A stretch of DNA of 64,000 nt, taken from contig CM082588.2 in assembly GCA_040954595.2 (NCBI GenBank), forward strand, positions 7,341,947 through 7,405,946, given 5' to 3'. Origin of the DNA: Balanoglossus misakiensis (taxonomy: Eukaryota; Animalia; Hemichordata). Positions 59,101 through 64,000 of the stretch are shown here, piece after piece. Positions within the stretch are counted from its first letter, which is position 1; each line of letters starts with the position of its first letter. The notes under the pieces were generated by a model that worked only from the letters and a program-made list of their open reading frames with translations, made no database searches and was not told the origin of the DNA. The position numbers and the translations under genes were made by a program.

Positions 59101-62100
59101 AGACTTCGTCACGTATCATATAGGCCTTTAACACAAACAGATGCCTACACTCATAACCAGCACCACTAACACGCCATGAATGCAATTTGGCAAAATGATA
59201 TTAATTTTTTTTTTCATTTCTTGATTTTGTGTCGGCAATATATCTGATGTAATCACCATATTGCCTTGGTTTCTTTCTTTCTTTCTTTCGTTAATTAAAG
59301 GTGTTACCCTGGTTACGCCATCGCCACCCCAGCCGCCAATATACTGCTACCCGAACGACACTTCTTGGTTGAGTTATGGAGATGACGTGTGCTACTTTTG
59401 GAGTGCGCCCTCGGGTGTTGCTGCTAAGAATTGGAGGGATTCCAGGGCGTACTGTCTTTCCCAGGGTGCAGAGCTGCTGTCGGTGCACGACCAGAACGAG
59501 ACTTCATGGATTGCGTTTCAGGCAGGTGTTCAAATAGGTCTTGTCACGACTGACACTTTAACATGAAGCCACTGATTGCGAGATCTCGCGAGACTTATCA
59601 CGATTGGTGCTATGAGGCTGCATGTAAAAGATCACCAAGTAAAATGTTAATCGACAGTGAGATCTCATCTAGGTGATTTTCTACTCAATACGAGATCTCA
59701 CGAGACTTGGCTAAGCAAATCAAGCTTTGTGTTAAACTAGAATATAGGTGAAGAATTTAACAGAAACTGTAACTTTTTTGTCGTTCAACACGATTGGCTG
59801 TGTGTTGTGTAAACTGCCTAGCCACGCGAGATCTTGTATAGGGTCTCGGGGAATTCGGAAAATAGTATATTGGCCAATTAACGTAAAGCAGTTTGGCCTT
59901 TAGGCGAGTTTGCGCGGGTGTGTGGTTCCAAGTGTAGAACAGGTTTCTTACATCGGCTTGGGAATAATCTCAAAAAGTAGATTTATTTTCCTCCTCTTCT
60001 TTTCGATACAAAAAAACTGTCAATTTCGATAATGAATCAGATTAAAATATTAAGGAGGGTTCATAATAGCCCTATGTCATTGCATGTGCACAGTAATCCA
60101 TCCTATCTAATTATTTCATTCTCTTAATGAACACTCAGCTATACCAATTGCAAAACAGAAACACGTGGTGGATTGGTCTCCGGCAGTATGGATTTAACGC
60201 TGTTTATGAGTGAGTGTATTGTTTTCTCACTTTTGTTCTAGAATGGCATGATTTGTAGTTTATTGTATTACTAGTATGTGTGGTCTGAATGCAGCTCGCT
60301 GATTGGCTGGAACAGGGGTTTAGTTGCCTGGAACCTAAATAGTGAAAAGTTTAAAAAAAAATAACCAAATAGCACACGTAGAAGAGAACACGGTATTGTA
60401 TTGTATTGTATTGTATTGTATTGTATTGTATTGTATTGTATTGTATTGTATTGTATTGTATTGTATTGTATTGTATTGTATTGTATTGTATTGATTTGTG
60501 TTGTATTGATTTGTATTGTTTTGTATTGAATTCTATTGATTTGTATTGTATTGATTTGTATTGTATCGATTTGTATTGTTTTGTATTGTATTGTTCTTTA
60601 TATTATGCAGATGGTCAGATGGCACAGCTCTGGATTACGTGAACTGGGGAGAGGGTGAACCCAATGACTATAACGGGGAGGAGGAATGCGTTCAGATTCA
60701 TGGCGTCTCAGGTGAATTCATGTCAGTGTTTCAAACAACCATACATTTCTTGCTTCTTAAATTTGACAGAAATGGCACAAGATACTTAGAGGATGCAATC
60801 TTTCTTTGAAAATAGATGATACAAATAATGCAGTATGGAACGATAACAACTGTGGCGACAAAAATCCTTTCATCTGCAAGAAATTCAACCACAGCAAAAA
60901 CCCCATCACGTACCCACCTACCGCCCCTTCACCGGGACCCTGTCCGACGGGATGGAAAGAGTTCGACAACAAGTGCTACAGCTTGTTCGGAAAAGACGAT
61001 GGCAACGTGAAGCTGAACTGGACAGCGGCAAGGGACGCCTGTAGGAGGCTTGGTGGTGACATAGCAAGCGTTCACGGACAAGAAGCACAGAGTGAGTATA
61101 GTATATATTGGAATAAATGGCTGAGTTCAAAGCAGAAATGCCGCCCTCTATTGTGACAGACGGCTGATCACAACGTTCTGGTGTCGTGTCGTTCTGGCGC
61201 GCAAAGAAAGTAACGATATTAACATTTGCACCCGGCATTTGCACACACGTGCGGGCAGTCGAGATACGTGATTACAGTCGTGGAATCATTACATCGTTCA
61301 CCTGTGTCTGTTGCAGAATTCCTTTTTAGCCAGATGCAGTCTGTACAGGGGGGCGTCTGGATTGGGCTAAGTAACGCCAGCAACCGCAGAAAGTACAAGT
61401 GGACCGATGGTACCACGTTGGGTTTCACCAACTGGGGCAGGAATCAACCGCAACTCTACCGCACGGTAATGACAAATGTATCTGGGCATTTTCACGTTTC
61501 CGTTGATCTTCATTCTCATTTACCAATTGAACAAGGATAACATAGATTCACAATTCAAAGTTTGTAAAGCATGTGTGTCTACTGATCTATCATTTTCTTT
61601 CAGTCTGTCTAATGTACTGGTCTTTAACATCGTAATATTTGCCTACCTTTGCAGTCTTTTAACCAAACTATGAGAAATTTAAACATCTAATGTCGGTGAC
61701 AAATACTGATATTCTGACTAACCTACGCATATACAATGGGAGTGAGATCTCCACTTATCACAAAAAGTGTAAACAATTCATATTGATCTTTGTAAAACCT
61801 GTGTAACAGCTTTTTAGATTGTGTTTACTTAAGTTATTTCTGTTGCCTATGGGCCGGTGACCTTGAAACGCATTAAACGCGGACGTATCTATCTATCTTC
61901 TTCTAGTCGTGTGTTGAAATGCAGGCTGGGAATGCAGAATGGGCGGGGCAAGTCTGTGGTAACTTGAAAGGCTGGGTGTGTGGTGGAAATAAAGGTATTA
62001 ACCACTTGAGATATCAGTACAGAGTTGCGCTGCCTCCGTCCGTAAAAGAGCGAGGGCCCGGCGCAAGCCCCCCCCCCCCCGCTAAAAATGTTAATGAGTC

Positions 62101-64000
62101 GTAATTACTGTATACATGTAATGCAACAAAACGCAGTACAATGTAATGCAATGTTACGCTGTGTTGGTTACTTGTATGTAACATAGTGTAATGTGTTTCA
62201 ACGCAATGTTACTGTAATGAAATTCGATGTGCATGTATAATATAGATGAATAAATGTAATGTAATGTAGTGTAATGCCATGCAATGTAATGTAATACAAT
62301 GTGCATTGAATGCTATGTAATGTCACGTATAAACGAAGCATTATGTTGGAATACAATACAACACAATACAGTGCAGTGATATTTAAGGTAATGTAATGTA
62401 ACATAATGTAATGCAATGCCTGTCACACAATGGAATAGAATGCATTTAGTGTTGCTCACTGAGAACGGACAAAAGCCAATCAGAATCTGTTAATATCAAC
62501 ACCCCTTTTAAGAATGTCAAAGTCATAAGATTATGAACGTATAATACACGTGTAATTAGCCTATGTCAATCGGGTGTGATCTATCCCTTTCACCAACAGA
62601 TGTCGACCCATTACCCGAAACCCCGACGTCACCTGCCGAGAAAACGTGCCGACCCGGGTACACAAAATTCAACGGCGAGGTTTGCTATAAAGCATATACA
62701 GATCCGCAAACGTTTGACGAAGCTCGTCAGCAATGCAAAGAAGACGGCGCCAATCTGGCCAGCGTGATTAATGCATTCGAGGAAGCTTACATCGAAACTC
62801 TTGTATATCAAACAGGAGTTCAATTGTGGATTGGACTTGAATTCGATGAACAGGTGATGTTTATTTTATTTCTTTGTTAGAAGTTTCGTTCTTCAAAACA
62901 AAATTGTGGGCATATGTACAAGATCGGTTTAGGCGCTCGTCGTGGGCAATTGACTACAACTTTGCGTCAGTTCATTCATGTATTTTTTTATTTTTGCGAA
63001 TGTAACACAGTTCCAATTGAATTTTCTGTCTTTTCAAGAATTTATCGAGGAATGCATATGATAAAAGCAAGATTTCCGCCTCCGAAAGAGTGTACACGTC
63101 AGAAAGTTTACAAAAAGTTGACAAACCATTGCGAGATCTCGTCGAGCAAATATGGCGTCGAATTTGAATTGACTTTGTGTCCGATAGATTAAACCATGAT
63201 TTTCCAGCTGCAAGGAGTACAGTTGTCCGTCGATACGGGGTTACAACGCTGCTAACACTATCCTAGAGCAGGATTACGGTTAAATTTGCAAACGGTAAGG
63301 TGAAATTTGCTGCTGATGGGCCCCAGAGTCTGCCTCGACCCTGCGCTACAACTACGTAGTGCAGTTTTACGAACGGCAGGTATTGGGTCGTGTTGTAGCC
63401 CTTGGTGGGCCGTCAGCAACGATCCAGCCACTTAACCAGTCCACCAAGGCTACAACTATTGCAGCAACGATAGGGCTGTTTTTCATGGTAAATTAAAGGG
63501 ACAAAGTCTCTCTCTCGCTGCCCTCTTTCCATTAATTATGTTTGATACAAGATACCGTTTATGTTATTCTACATGTGGATATATAGTGAATCAACGTTCG
63601 ACCACACACAATTTCTATACTACTTGTAGACACGAGAGTGAAAAACTCGCCATAATGAATAATCGGTGTATACCATTTATTCATTTTAGGTGAGTTTTTA
63701 TTCTCATATCCTACAAACGGGATGAAGTTGTGTGTGGTTGAATGTTCATTCACTACATAAACATGTTGTACATTAATATAAACAGTGTCTTGTATCAAAC
63801 ATAATTAATGGAAAAAGGGCAGCGAGGAAGAGACGTTGTTCCTTTAAGCCGAGACAATCCAAAAGAAGTGACAATGGAAATATTATCGATTTCACAGTCA
63901 GGTGAATATAAGTGGATTGATGGCGCTCCCGTGTTTTTCACCGAGTGGAATTCTGAAACGTCCAGCGACGATCTGGGCAGTGGATACAACGACAGTTGTG
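56179..64000 (+). CDS. Multi-C-type-lectin-domain protein (macrophage mannose receptor-like), 5' part; runs off the right edge
   Basis: Signal peptide exon 56179-56218, then 57048-57130, 57821-57963, 58390-58436, 58784-58981, 59301-59521 (GC donor), 60139-60209, 60611-60711, 60816-61091, 61317-61465, 61907-61994, 62600-62853, 63898->64000. At least 4 CTLDs with WIGL motifs; CTLD2 has EPN and WND. Confidence 0.88.
60393..60592. repeat. (TATTG)n pentanucleotide microsatellite
   Basis: Direct inspection; perfect then degenerate units. Confidence 0.92.
62115..62420. repeat. Degenerate (TGTAA)n-like simple repeat
   Basis: Recurrent aatgt/aatgc pentamers in a lectin-gene intron. Confidence 0.6.
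63493..63847. mobile_element. Two-ended palindromic non-autonomous DNA element, TTAA-flanked (Kolobok-like)
   Basis: ttaa-agggacaaagtctctctctcgctgccc...gggcagcgaggaagagacgttgttcct-ttaa with long inverted arms; purine-purine 5' terminus after TTAA. Confidence 0.7.

Noticed and set aside
60406-60642. YCIVL-repeat ORF (and the FVCL-repeat ORF at 21900-22163)
   Set aside because: Translations of microsatellites

Overview
Intron-rich, AT-rich animal genomic DNA; a marine invertebrate is inferred from gene content, not proven. From left to right: (1) the 5' part of MTF1 on the minus strand, running off the left edge; (2) three tandem, intact, 8-coding-exon paralogues (~1330 aa) with the apparent architecture GT-B/GT4-like domain (catalytic motifs degenerate) + TRADD-N-like domain + Cys micro-exon + unknown alpha/beta exon + coiled coil + IFIT-like TPR domain (CHFTW motif); (3) a ~7.3 kb head-to-tail array of Helentron/HINE-like elements carrying a 237-bp satellite between copies 2 and 3; (4) a complete MBTPS2 (site-2 protease) on the minus strand, whose last exon was also copied into the duplicated block; (5) the 5' part of a multi-C-type-lectin (mannose-receptor-like) gene running off the right edge. 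The main candidate for an undescribed system is the GT-TRADDN-IFIT cluster. Its copies are near-identical except for multi-nucleotide, non-synonymous changes on one face of the TPR helices, as expected of a diversifying innate-immune receptor family. Exon models were built by hand from splice sites and reading phase. Domain calls are by motif recognition, not database search.
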